Assembly: GCF_001194135.2 (NCBI RefSeq)
Contig: NC_068990.1
Span: forward strand, 79,825,436 to 79,889,435
Reading direction: 5' to 3'
DNA: 64,000 nucleotides
From: Octopus bimaculoides
Lineage: Eukaryota
The translations under genes were made by a program, and so were the position numbers. The notes under the pieces were generated by a model that did no database searches, was not told where the DNA came from, and saw nothing but the letters and a program-made list of their open reading frames with translations. Shown piece after piece: positions 12,501 to 26,069 of the stretch (position 1 is the stretch's first letter; the number at the start of each line of letters is the position of its first letter).

Positions 12501-15500
12501 GATTGCACATCGCAATCCGTACAGCGAGTGAACCTGAGATGTGTATTCTAAGCCTTCGTATATTCCACTGCTATGCTTCGATATCAAACTGGAGCTAATT
12601 GAAACTCTAGTAGACTTATCTTACAGACGGTTCCACTTCACCAATAATGGCTTGTTTAAAGCTTTTCAAGCTAGGACAGTCAGAGATGTCAAACAGTCTA
12701 TTGTATGCAAAACCTTCATTAAACATAGCTAATTATTCGGATTAAAGGATTAATGTATTGACAATATTATTACTTAAATGAAAACCACAACAACAGCCCC
12801 CAAAACATCAACTGTGACAAAAACAACGACAAATATACGAAAAAAAAAAACAGTGAAAACCAAATCAAGAACAAAAGAAACAAATATAAAAAAAAGCAAA
12901 GCAAGAAACTAAAACAAAAAAGAAACCATCACAAATTTGAGTTTTCCATCATTGAATTCATAACTAACAAGGATAACGCCTCCTGTAGATGGTTTAAAAA
13001 AAAATTGGGATCAATATATAATATAATAGCCTAGTATCAAAGCGACTTGGTCCATTAATGCAGTATTGAAACATGCATAAATTACTCATGTAGATTACAG
13101 TCTCCATTTATCTAACCACTCTATATCAATTCATTTGCATTGCAGGATGTAACTGATTTTTTTCTTTTTTTTTTTCGTCTTTACTTCCTCAGTTATTATT
13201 TAGAAGGAAAAAAATACGGCTTAAAATATGAATGGTAAAATGGTTAAAACGTCTAGAAACTAAATGGTAAATTGGTTTTACTTCATAGAAATTAATATGA
13301 AATACATTTTTTTCCTCGATAATCAACATAAAAGCATGTTTCGTATTTCACCGCCACTCAATTGGTCTAATATATTAGTTTCCCATATGAGTCTCTGTCT
13401 GCTAACTGCGATAAATTAAATATATGAATAAATAAATAAATCAGGTATCTATTTTGTTCCCTTTTGGATGACGTTGGGAAAGTTAAACTAATTTTCTCGT
13501 CTATGATACGATGTATCGCACGAGGTAGAGGTAGTTATATCAGGAATCGAATACGTCTTCATGATCCGTACAACACAATCAACTAGAAGCCAACATCGCA
13601 TATTGGATACTTGTAAAAAGCTTGTAAAATTCTGTTTAGCCCGTTGACCAGTTTTCAGGGAAGGGAATATTTCAGTTATCAGACAAAATGTATAGTCAGA
13701 CTAAATGGAGTCCCACGCTCAGCCTAGCTCATGGTTTGAGTACGTTTTAGTTCTTGAGTTATAATCGCGTGTGCTAGAGGTGTTTGAATTTGAACACGGA
13801 CAATTGCTCCTCATAGTGTCAGACAGCAAGGAAATCGAGATACTCGGTATCGTACTGAAGAAACACGCGATAGTAACAGGGTAGCTTGATATCTGGGGAT
13901 GAAAATCAATCTTTGTCTGTGTTTTTGTTAACAGATTGAAGATTCTGTTAAAAAACTAGGTGTTTAATCCGGACAAGGTTCCTTGTGAATATGAAATGGG
14001 AGATTACGAACAGAGTAATGGGTCTCACCCAAATATATGCTTAATGGAAGTTATCCATAAATGATTGGGTAGTGGTAGTGAACTCATACATCGTTTCTGA
14101 TATTTATAACCATTTGGCAGTCGCATCAGTCTCCAGTTTTCATTCGACTAGGACAGAGTGTCAGCTCTTTCGCATTTTGAGGAAGGGGCTCGCTACAAAG
14201 TACATCTGCTATCAAATCTTGTGCGGAGGTCTTGGTATACCATGGCTAATGACGTGCAGGTATGTATAAAGGTTACAACCATTTCAGAAACTTACGAACG
14301 TTGAATATGTGTTGTCGCTGTTGGCCTCTCTCCAATTTTGTCTTTCTACGGCAAGTACATACTTTTTTTATTTTAGCCACAACACAGAAGTAAGTCATCT
14401 TCTCTCCTCAGCTTCTTTGTCAGATGGCATATTCTTTCTGATTCATATTTTCATATGATCCACAACGGGAGCAAGTGTTGGATTATTGTTAGTGCTGTCA
14501 CTAATGTTTTTACTGCTTTTCTCATTTAAGTTCGACTTTTCAATATTATTTTTGTGCATTTTAAAATTGGAAAATAAACGTTGTGCTTGTAAGTTTGTCA
14601 GTTTCTTTAATTAACGTTTGTCAGCTTATTTCATATATTTTCTGTTGGAAAAGTGTTGATGCAGGTTAAGCTTTATCGTCGTTGCTACCACCACGGGACA
14701 CTTATTATTTCTTTCTACTTGGACTATTTTTGCAATGCGAACCAAATTAAAAGTTGTCTGCCAGTTGATATAGTCACAGTGGAAAATTTCAAAACATTTT
14801 CTAGGCAAGGGGAATAGGCTAGAAGTTCAATAACTCACCATAGTTTTACTTGCTATTAGTCCATAATGAAAATGAAAAAAAAATGAATACCAATTTAATA
14901 TAATAAAATCCATTTCCGGTTTTCTTGCACTTCTTCTATTTTCAGAGAAATGACTGTAATTTGAAGCAGATTAGGAGTAATGACTAGAGTCGAAAAGATA
15001 AATGAACATATTAATAGCTAAGAAATTATGAAAGTATGTGTATAGCCGTAGAATGTTATGTTGTTGAAAATGTTTATGTCTGGAATTACACAGTCTATGT
15101 CCCATGTGGTATAATGCTAGCAATTGTTTCGTTGTCTGGCTGCTTATGGTACACTGTAGATCATTAGTCATCTCCTATTTTAATGCTCAAGTCAATGTAG
15201 CTCTGAAGTAAGGTGTTATAGCCGTGACCACATCGTCTTTTGTTTTGACATATTGCATGTACATTTATATTATCTAATATTTCTTTCCCGTTTTTAATTT
15301 CTTTTGTATTTAATCTTAGAAATGTCTTCTATTTCTAGTAGGACGAACGACCCCCAATAGTTCTTTAAAAAAACATAGCTTAGTTTAACCCTATTGACTA
15401 CACCAAATGTAACATGTTTAACTATGCTAACTATACAAGCCAAAACTCGTTCGTAACTCTTTTTCTATATGAAAAAAATCTATGTCAACTGATAAGTAGG

Positions 15501-16499
15501 TTTGGTTTGACTATATACGCTGATCAAGTCAAGTATACCGAAGTATTTGCAAAATTGTCCCCTGACTTCAAACGAGATTTCATCTCCCTTAGTACGGAAA
15601 TTAACTTCTCAAAGGAGAATTTCAATTAATTAAGATTGTTTGCGCATGGTATTCAATACCTTAGCCTTTAACCTAATTATCTAAACTCATGCTATTGGCC
15701 GATTTAAGTTATTCCCATTGGCTTATTTTATTATTAATTAGTCCGTAATGTCTAGAGATGTTTGTATTAAAATAATGTACTTATTGCTTTTTTCTCCCAT
15801 ATAACTGTACTACCTATTTTTATTATTGGTAATCTTTCGTAGATTCTACAAGAGTGATGTCGATAGCCGAATCGGTAAAGAGAAGTATTACATAGGCCTG
15901 GAGTAATCCGACTGTCCTGCTCCTATTGAGGCACTCTGGACTTCAGTCTCACTTTCTTATATTGAATTTCGTGAGCCTTCCACTGGGTTCACACTAACGT
16001 CTATTGACACTGTTCTACCGGTCATGTTTACTAATTTCTTTGTGTTGATCTGGGGATGATAAAGAAATTAGTAGTTTCTTTTTATCGCGATTTTAGCACT
16101 ATTGGTTATATTGGTGTTACCTGTGATAATGGTGGTGCTACTTCTTTCAGTGGTGTTATTCTTGCTACCGTTTTCTCATGGTAATCGTCACCGTCCCTGT
16201 TGTTTTTTGTCCCCTTCATTATCGATGTTGATGTTGTTGCTGCTGCTGCAGCTGCTGATGTTGTCGTTACGGTAGGGTAAGAAAAGGAAGGAAGGTGTGG
16301 AAATTCTTCTCGCTAGCACTTTTCCAACAGCCACCCGTACCCTTCGTTTCTGAGACATTGCTTGTTATTATTTTTAAATGAAAATGTTTTTTTTTTCTAA
16401 GATAGCCAAATACACCCAGAGGAATCAGGTGCCACATCGAGGCTTCCTCGTTGGTGTTTACTATTGTGATTCGCAATATAAATATTCTGTGAAGTTATT

Positions 16500-17345
16500 G
16501 AAGGTAATATTTAATTCAAACTGTTCAAATTTAGCGGGAGGCTATCAAATCATCTACGATGAGCTCGGCTTCCATACCGTCTGTGCAAGATGGCTGCCAA
16601 GAGAGCTTACTGCGGAGCAAAGCACAATCGTCTTGAGGTCTGTCAACGTTTACTCGATCGCGATAGCAATGAGGGCGAGGAACTTTTGAGCAGAATAGTC
16701 ACAAGAGATGAATCATGGGCCTATCGTTATGAGGCAGAATCCAAAAGATAGAGTATGGAGTGGTAACATCCTGGCTCGCCAGCGACGAAGAAATTCAAGA
16801 CTCAGTCTTTCGCTAACCTTTTTTGGGGATTCAAAAGGGCCTATACTGGAAGACTACATGGAAAGGGTGTACGATTAACAGTGTAAGATATAGTGCTTTG
16901 CTGGCTAACAAACTGAAGCCAGAAATTCGCACCAAACCCCGAGGTCTGTTGTCGAAGAAAGCTTTGTTGTTGCATGACAATGCACGACCACACACGGCCG
17001 CCTAGACCGTTGGAATAATTAACCAATTGAATTTTGAGGTGCTGGAACATCCTATCTACAGACCAGATCTTGCTCCTTCCGACTATCATATCTTTGGACT
17101 GCTCAAAGATGGCTTACTAGCTCGTCTATTTTCTACGGATGAAGATGTAGAAGAAGCGGTGCATGAATGGTTGCACGACCAACCGAAAACCTTCTTCTTG
17201 GAGGGAATACACAAACTTGTGGACCGCTGAACCCAGTGCATCAAAAAGGAAGAATACTATATAGAAAAATGACGTACTTGTTTATCCGCTGCTTTTGTGT
17301 AAATACATTGAAAAAACAAGAGTGCCTATAATTTTTGACTCCTCC

Positions 17346-17350
<5 letters not shown>
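16500..17350 (+). mobile_element. 5'-truncated mariner transposase pseudogene (D,D34D) with right-end TIR-like sequence
   Basis: ARWLPREL linker, IVTRDESW (D1), HDNARPH...YRPDLAPSDYH with 34 residues between D2 and D3; stops and frameshifts; ends ATAATTTTTGACTCCTCCGTT then TA. Confidence 0.93.

Positions 17351-17397
<47 letters not shown>
17350..17397 (+). repeat. (TA)n microsatellite at the mariner end
   Basis: Read directly from the sequence. Confidence 0.95.
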
Positions 17398-17401
<4 letters not shown>

Positions 17402-18309
17402 TGATATTTACGTGTGGTAAATACAGATAAGTTTACTTCACAAGACGTTCTTACTTGTGATGTACAAGTTTTCATTTGTAGCAAGCCTCTGTTATACAAA
17501 AATATATTTTAATATTTTAAATATTAACTGTTATGGCAACCTATTTTAATGACAATTCATTGACTGTTGGTTGGATAAAAACAAAACAAAAGAAAACAAA
17601 AGATTCCGCCATCTCCGTCATCGCCGTCAAGTCTGCTTCGTGATGTCGGTTAAAGTACTGTAATCCATAACAGTGGAAGCGAAGTCAATTGAAATAGCCA
17701 AGTGCAATGAATAAGTCGTGAAAATGAGAAATCGACACCATATTATGGTTGTTTCTACAGAGATAATTTCATGCTGAGATAAATTCATCTTGTCTTGGAG
17801 TGCAGCCAGTTCAGTTGTCAATTCCATCCAAATTTATTAACAGAAAAATGTTATGAATTCAAGGAGCACAACGTTACCGGAAACACTACTTTTGACCGAA
17901 TAAAAGCGTCTGGCTTGTAAATATTAGAATTTGATAGATGTTTGTACAATGATGAGAGTTCAATAATGTTGCCATGTTTTTCCTTACTGTATAATGAGAA
18001 ATATAACAGTTCCACCGTCTGCAGTTCTATTTTATACAAAATTTTATCTGTTTATGACATATAACATTGATGAAATAAGTATTTCAGCGACTCCTCCAGT
18101 CACATAACATGAGTAATAAGTAGAGAACTGTAATGGTTTTAACTATATTCTTCGTTCTGAATTACAACACAATCCGAAAACAGTAATTTTGGTACAGCTG
18201 TAATTGTATAAGTAGTGATCGTAAAGGAAACAAGTTCAGTTATTCAGTTATTTCTATTGTTGTTGTTTTCATTATAGATTAGAATATAGAAATACTCCTA
18301 TCTTCGTTG

Positions 18310-18400
18310 GTCCTGTGAGCGGATTTGGTAGACGGAAACTGAAAGAAGCCCGTCATATATATATATGTATGCGTGCATGTGTATGTATGTATGTGTGCGC
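18310..18400 (+). mobile_element. SINE family B internal fragment
   Basis: GGATTTGGTAGACGGAAACTGAAAGAAGCCCGTC is the reverse complement of 11070-11103. Confidence 0.85.
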
Positions 18401-18404
18401 GTGC

Positions 18405-19052
18405 GTGCGTGTGTTGGGAAGTCTGTTACAGAAACATTGAGCATGCTTCGGAAAGCTTACGGCGACGAGGCAATGGGTTGCACGCAATGTTTCGATTGAC
18501 ACGGACGATTCAAAAGTGGAAGAACGTTTCTGGAAGACGATGAGCGATCTAGAAGACCTGCCATCAGCGTCACCTCCCCGAAATGTGGTATTGTACATTG
18601 AGAATTCGTCCCCCAGGGCCAGACCGTCAGTCAAGAGTTCTCCTGCGACATTTTAAAGCATTTGAGGGAGGATGTTTGGCTAAAGCGACCAGATCTGTGG
18701 AACGCGAAGAATTGGATTCTTCACGACGACAATGCATCTTGTCATCGAGTTCTCTTCACTTGTGACTTTCTCGCCAAAAAGAACATGGTATCACTTCCAC
18801 ACCCACCCTATTCGCCAGATTTAGCATTTGCAGACTTCCAGCTCTTCCCCAAGAGGAAAATGCAGCTTAAAGGTGGCCGTTTTAACTCTGTTGTAGAGAA
18901 ACAGAGTGAATTACAGAAGGTCTTCGACTCACTTACAGAAAACAACTTCGATACCGGAAAGGTGACTGTTTCGAGATGATGATAAAACTTACGTAAATAA
19001 ATTATTTTTTATTTGATATAACTAGTCGAGAACCTTCTGATACTATCTCTTA
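18405..19052 (+). mobile_element. Internally deleted mariner element (D,D34D)
   Basis: N-terminal GKSVTETLSMLRKAYGDEAM...RFKSGRTFLEDDERSRRP fused to GIVH*EFVPQGQTV...HDDNASCH...HPPYSPDLAFADF; TIR-like end at about 19024-19052. Confidence 0.9.
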
Positions 19053-19543
19053 TGCAATATATGATAGAATTATCTTGTTTACATCTTAACCTAAGCCTTT
19101 TTGGCTGGTAAAACTGCATTATGAGAGACATGCAAGTTTAGTTTATTTGCTTCCAACAGGTGATTAATTCTCAAACTTTTTAACTTAGGATCAGCGCTAA
19201 ATGAAAGAATCTTAATTCTCGTGACTACCTCATTATTGAAATAGATATAAAACCATTGTTTATCACTCAACGTGTCATTTTTTAAATCGTTTAAATATGA
19301 TTTGAAGGAGAGCTGGCCGTTACTTTTAGCGGACCAAATGACTGCGTAGGGTTACTGTCACTGTGCAAATATCACCGGTGTATTATACAGCGCGAAACCT
19401 TGGAAAGTGTCTTCTATAAAAGTCACTAGGTAATTAAAAACTTATAAAGTGAAAATAGCTTAACGGGAACTGGTGTAGAATTAGGTCAGATGGGTGATAG
19501 ACATAATCCGCCACCCGGTTTAATACCATAACCTGGTCCCTTT

Positions 19544-19680
<137 letters not shown>

Positions 19681-20739
19681 CGTGTTTAGCAGAGGTGACT
19701 CTGTTGCAAGCACTCGATTTGGGCTTTGAGGATAACATTACACCTTTCCTTTTATTAGTCTCCAGGATTCTGAAAAGAGACAAGTTTGTAGCCCTTCCTT
19801 CTCCAAGTCATTAAAAAGACAAAGGAAAGAAATTCCGGACTAATTTAGAGCAAACTAACATCTAACGATACTCTTCAATTGTGTAGCAGATGATAGAATA
19901 TTTTAGTGTGGAATCTAGATACACAATGGCAATTAGAATTTTGGGACCAATTCTCACTTTGATATATTGCTAACCTTGGAAATAATTTGAATTGTTCTTA
20001 TGCGATTCACAGTTATATAACCGAGACTAGCCAAAGTTTTCAGATGTCGGCTGTTGGCAACTGAAACTATATCTATAAAAGAAAAATTCAACTGCATCTC
20101 TCTTTAATGGAGTTGTCTCATCTATATGTTCAGTAACAGTAATGTCAATGTTGGCTATTAGAGTGTATGTGACGGTGATGTCAGTTGTGGTTATTATAGT
20201 GATAGAAGACTAATGGATAAACATTTAATGACAAGGGCTAGAGATGCACTTTCAACGCAGGTTTTTCATTTGGGACTAAAGTTCTTTGATCTGTACACCA
20301 TCCGTTTCACTGATGAGTTGTAAGTGCTGTGCAGATATTTAACTCAGTTAATGAAAAGTCGGATCATAAATGACTTTCATGTTTTCTACATCATTAATGC
20401 CAATTCTTGGGAAATATCAGGTTGACAGCAATTGACATCATAAAAGAGAAATGAACCAGTTCACAGTATTGTTTTTAAAACGCTTTAACTCTGTGATAAC
20501 TAACCTCCAGAGACATATTGTACTTCATGGGTTGCTTTTTCTATTTTATAAATCAATAATGTTCAAATAGAATGTTAAAAATTATTCACCGAATCTTAGC
20601 TAACTTTCCTTTGTCTCTTTGCTTTTATCACCCAAATAATTTTCCAAAGCCAATCATTTAATTTTCCTAAATGTTCTGCATCCTTTCGCATAACAATTCA
20701 CACTGAAGTTTTCTTTTACTGTCTCTCTGTCTGTCACTT

Positions 20740-20817
<78 letters not shown>

Positions 20818-20860
20818 ACTTTTCTCTATCTCTCTCTTTCTCACTTTTCTCTCTCTCTCT
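20740..20860 (+). repeat. (CT)n microsatellite
   Basis: Read directly from the sequence. Confidence 0.95.
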
Positions 20861-21903
20861 CTCGTTTTTTTTAGTTTTTACTTTCCTGTCTGAAATTTTC
20901 TGGTTTGAACAATTTTCTTTTCTCTACATAGCTTTTGGTTTTTCTCTTATTTTTCTTTAATGTGACGCTTCAAAAAGACATAAATATACCCGCTGAACGG
21001 CTAAAAGCTATATTTTTCATGTTTAGAATCAGGAATATTTTCTTCCTGTGTCACAATCTTGCTTATGCACTTTTTTTCCAAATGCTAGGTAAGTTTCGTA
21101 TTTTATTTTATAACTGAATTATACATTTCATGCCAAGGCCTTACTCTTTACAGCACTTAAAAATTTCCTAAGAGGAGGCTATGTTGAAAATGAAGCAGAT
21201 AGTTACTGGAGATAACAGTACTGATGTTTATTCTGCATACACAAATCAGTTATGTCATCTCTATCATTTGTCAACGCCACTGAATGCAGAATCTTTTGTC
21301 AGTCATAATTTTTTGCTGTGAGAAGTGGATACTCAGAATACAAATTTAGGTATAAAATGCATTTTCAGATATAGAATAATTTTTACTAAGATATAGAAAT
21401 ACTTATTTTGTACTGGTATATCTAAGTTCCTTTAAGCAATCGCATATGGCTAATAGTAGCACAATTGATAAACAATTCTGTGATCAAGAGTAGACACCTG
21501 AAAATATCAATTGAAGAACAGTCAGAAATAACTATCAAAACAAATAAACAATAAATGAATAAATGAAAATAAGATAAAACAAAATATAAGCAATAAATAT
21601 GCAATATTACCGAGACGGTATTAAGTAGCTTAACGTAATCTTTGTCTTTGTGCAATCGTTTCATAAGACTTTAATCTAATCACACGATGTTTTCGACTGT
21701 GTTTTACTTCAACATTGGCGATTGGATTGTCTTCAATAAAGGTACTTATGTAAATGTTATCTCCAACGCTGCAAGGTGGTGGAACTTGACATAAGTACAC
21801 TAAAACCGCTTTAATGTGGTTATTTTCATACATCACAGTTCTTAGTTCAAATTATGAGGTATTCGAACCTGACTTCACCGCGAACAGAATCTATAAAGCA
21901 TAA

Positions 21904-22312
21904 GGCAGCGAGCTGGCAGAATCGTTAGCGCAACGGGCGAAATGCTTAGCGGTATTTCGTCTGCCGTTACATTCTGAGTTCAAATTCCGCCATGGTTGAC
22001 TTTGCCTTTCATCCTTTCGGGGTCGATAAATTAAGTACCAGTTACGCACTGGGGTTGATGTAATCGACTTAATCCGTTCGTCTGTTCTTGTTTGTTCCCT
22101 CTATGTTTAGCCCCTTGTGGGCAATAACGAAATAGGTATTTCGTCTGCCGTTACATTCTGAGTTCAAATTCCGCCGAGGTTGACTTTGCCTTTCATCCTT
22201 TCGGGGTCAATAAATTTAGTACCAGTTACGCACTGGGGTCGATGTAATCAATCCCTTTGTTTATCCTTGTTTGTCCCCTCTATGTTTAGCCCCTTATAGG
22301 CAATAAAGAAAC
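21904..22312 (+). mobile_element. SINE family A: full copy (21904-22134) plus headless tandem second copy (22135-22312)
   Basis: TGGCAGAATCGTTAGC (A-box-like), GAGTTCAAATTCC (B box), GCCTTTCATCCTTTCGGGGTCGATAAA core (from memory, resembles the MetaSINE/MESC-type domain), tail GCCCCTTGTGGGCAATAA. Confidence 0.93.
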
Positions 22313-22809
22313 AAGGATCTATAAAACATTACAAATTCTCTTTCTTTTTCTCTCCCTCTCCCCAAAATATCTTTCCATATTCTCTCCTGTAACAACACCA
22401 TTTCCTTTCCATATATCCTATGTCCCACTTTTGTTCCTAGTCAAAAAATATCAATATTATTTCTTTCTTTTTCATGAAAAGTTGAACTGCTCCGAAATTC
22501 TGTGATAACCTAGGCCACCCAATTAAAGGCATATTTAATTTTCCCTTATCTGAATTAAATCCGCGCCGCATTATGATTCTTGAGTTCAAAACAATTAATA
22601 ATCAACTGTATTTTGGATTTAATTTCATTTTTCTAATATATATAAATTAGAATTAAATACAAGATCTGTTTAGATGTTTTAAGTATTGTTTGTATGTTTG
22701 TGCAAGGTGAACCTGCACACTTCTGCCATAATCAACCAGACACTTTCTGAGTTGACTCCTCAATTTATTTACGGAGTATACTTAAAATATCTCTACCACT
22801 TTTATACAC

Positions 22810-23010
22810 AAATCAAATAGGAGCGCCTTTGCGGTCGTTTGACTTGTTCATTATAGCTGATGAATCTCACTCAAATCACATCCTATCGCTGCAAAAGAGA
22901 AAAATAAACACATTTGACAATGTGATTTGAAGTGCACATTGACTGAAAACAAAGACATGACTGGAAAGCATTTGATCAACTACAGCTGATCGATCTGGTG
23001 TTAAACAGTA
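22810..23010 (-). mobile_element. Degraded interspersed repeat, family C
   Basis: Minus-strand GATTTGAGTGAGATT...CTATAATGAACAAGTC variant of the family motif. Confidence 0.35.
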
Positions 23011-23314
23011 AGAACACTTTTATAAACATATTCGCCGAGCCTTAAATGACTTCGGAATGCTTCAAGTGTATAAGATCTTGTGCCTAATGTTTTATCACAT
23101 CAGTCTTATGAAACAATGATAAATACACCTAAAAGTTAATACAAATGATAACTTTTTATCTACAATGTAAGAATAGAAGAAACTGTTCTTCATATTAAAA
23201 GACACTTTCTTCCCAAATACAAAAGAACATCGTGTCTTTTGTTAGTATCGTTGAATTTGAAAATGAATTTTTGGGTAACAACAACAACAACAACAATAAT
23301 AATAATAATAATAA

Positions 23315-23510
23315 TCCTTTCTACTACAGGCACCAGGCCTGAACTGTTTTTGGGGGGACCAGTGCGTAATTGGTACTTAAATGATCGACCCCGAAAGGAC
23401 GAAAGGCAAATTCGACCCCGCCGGCGGCATTTGAACTGAGAACGTGGAAACAGACGAAATACTGCTAAGCATTTCGCCTGGCCTGCTAACGATTTTGCCA
23501 GCTCACCGCC
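23315..23510 (-). mobile_element. SINE family A (variant tail)
   Basis: Minus strand GGCGGTGAGCTGGCAAAATCGTTAGC...CTCAGTTCAAAT...CCTTTCGGGGTCGATC...GTAGAAAGGATTATT. Confidence 0.9.
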
Positions 23511-23694
<184 letters not shown>

Positions 23695-23988
23695 ACGCAT
23701 TGCATAATATTTAATATTTCTCAAAGACTAGTTGTTGATAGAAAAAGAACATAATTTGCTAAATCAAATACTAAAATGGAATGGAACCGTTGATGGATAT
23801 TTTCTGAAATACAGACTATCGAGTTTATTCAGAGAGCGATAAGAAAATATTGTTAAGAGGTAAGATTTATACATAAGCTTACATGAGATAAAAATTTTAT
23901 GCTAGTGTTATAATTTTGCAGCGCTATAAAATAAGACATTTCGTTAATATTATTGCTGCTTATATGCAAGATCGGTAGAGCGTTAGAC

Positions 23989-24021
<33 letters not shown>

Positions 24022-26069
24022 GCGATATTTAGTTGTTTTCTTTTAGATTTCTAATTTTAAATATGTCGAGGTTGACTTTGCCTGTCATCTTTGCGGCTTT
24101 GATAAAATGAACTAGTAAAGCTAAGGCCATGCTTTTAGGTTAGAAATCCTTATTTTTATTGTGGAAAATGACAAAAAGCGTTCATGGAGAAAAGGTGGAG
24201 CACTTAAAGTGTCCTATTCGATTTGCACTGACTGAACAAACTAATCCAGGTTAGTTTGTTGAAGTAGGGACTACATTATGTGCCATGTCTTCCATATTGA
24301 ACTTGAGAGAGAAATTTGGTTATTATTTCTCGCAAGTAAATTGAATGAACAGAGAGACTTTTTCCATGGTAGAGTGCTTCCTTCTACGAAGAAGGTTGTT
24401 AGGAAAAACAGACAGCCGCAGAATAATACAAAACGTTTCGCTTTAATTATATCGCTTTTTATATCAATATAATACAAAATGTTTTTTAAAATTCAAAACA
24501 AGAAGGAAGTGTTCTGATTCATTACGAGACTGAACCATTTATAAATCAGATTGGAAATATTTGGTCATTTTGCTGTGTTAAAACAAGAACATCACAAAAC
24601 TTAATAATTTTCTCACCCAAGAAAAATCAATTACATAAATATAGACGAAAATCCCTACCACTACCCAAATAATTTCGCAATCAGAATTTGAGATGAATAT
24701 AGTTGTAACATATAATTGACAAATGTTCAAATAAGAAGTTTGATGTTAGAATAACACTAGGATGGAGACAGAAATTTGGCAATGAATAAGATATTGAGTA
24801 TTCAGGTATCAACATAACAAAGTGAAAAAAAGAATGAATTATATTTGTACAGTAGGGTCTCATAGATACTATATAATGAACTGAAAAAATTTTGATTAAC
24901 CGAGAACCTCCATGTAATTAGGAGAAAACGACTTCCTCTAGGTGTGTTCAATTTGAAAAACAAAAATCACTGATATAAACCCACTGGAAGACAATGCATG
25001 GATCACGTGTTTGTATATCTAAATCTTCCCTTCTGCACCTGATGAAGTTGTATTGACAGCAGATCAGAAATAGACTGATGTATTTAACTGATTATTAAAT
25101 CTGATGCATTGTTACTAGTAACTGGAAAACTATTACGAAATTAATGCCACTGGATATCATAAATATTTCTGAAATTATTTTGCATAAATTATTTTGAAAG
25201 AGATAGAACGAGCTAGCATGACAGCAAACACTCGAACAGCATCCATCAAAATTCTAATTTGATTATCAATCGCGGTTGCCAAGTCGAAGATGGCCATCCA
25301 TCCCAAGAATAGACTTGTGGAATATCAGAATATTAAATATAAATTCTTCTAATATGAAGAAAAAGTGCATAGCTATCAGTATTTTAAAACACTGATAAAC
25401 TATACACGTCAGACTTAGATTATCTAAAATACATGAATAACTGTTTGTATGTATACAAGGTGAGCTTGGATTCTAAAATAGATAGAATCTCGGATAAACA
25501 ACTGTACTGAGTTCATTTTAATCACAAATGGCTGAACTAATGATGGATGCCATCAGGAGAGTCCACTCTGCTGGAAGCATTCGAGTCAAGTTTGTGGTCT
25601 AAGAGTAACTTGCTCGTTTCTTTTCATCAGTTTTTGAAGCCAGGAAAAAGGTGCCGAGTGTTGCACTTACGCTATTGACTATACTAATAAAATATTGAGC
25701 AGACAAACCATGAAACTTGCAATTAGTCTCGCATTCAAGTGACTACTGCAGCACAAAAGAATTGACTATATTGAGTTTTCAACCTTACAATATAGACTCT
25801 TAATTATTTCTGCATTAAAAGCATTTCAGTTCTGATTGTCAGCTTCACGTCATGGTTACTTTATGACTCTACTTTTTTTGTCTTCTTTCTCCTCTGGTTG
25901 TTACGATTTACAAAGATTTCACAACTTAAATTATAGCCAGAGTGGTAAATACAAGTAATCGTATTTTGTATCTTTTCAGTTATCAGTGTCTCCATAGAGC
26001 TCTTACAAGATACGATATTCAAGAAACAAACTTTCGCTGCCAATCGCGTACACACCCTTGATCCATTGC

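Noticed and set aside
9437-12587. Poly-Met/His/Ser/Tyr/Val/Thr ORFs
   Set aside because: These are translations of trinucleotide microsatellites, open in several frames and on both strands, with no other coding signal.
13660-14050. Degraded CR1/L2 LINE (also 50590-50940)
   Set aside because: The composition is suggestive but no diagnostic motif could be read.
21904-22312. CRISPR-like or other prokaryotic repeat array
   Set aside because: The repeats are SINE copies in a eukaryotic context, with no repeat-spacer periodicity and no cas genes.
25600-25640. Minus-strand CTGATGA-AAA-GAAAC
   Set aside because: No stem II and no stem I pairing.
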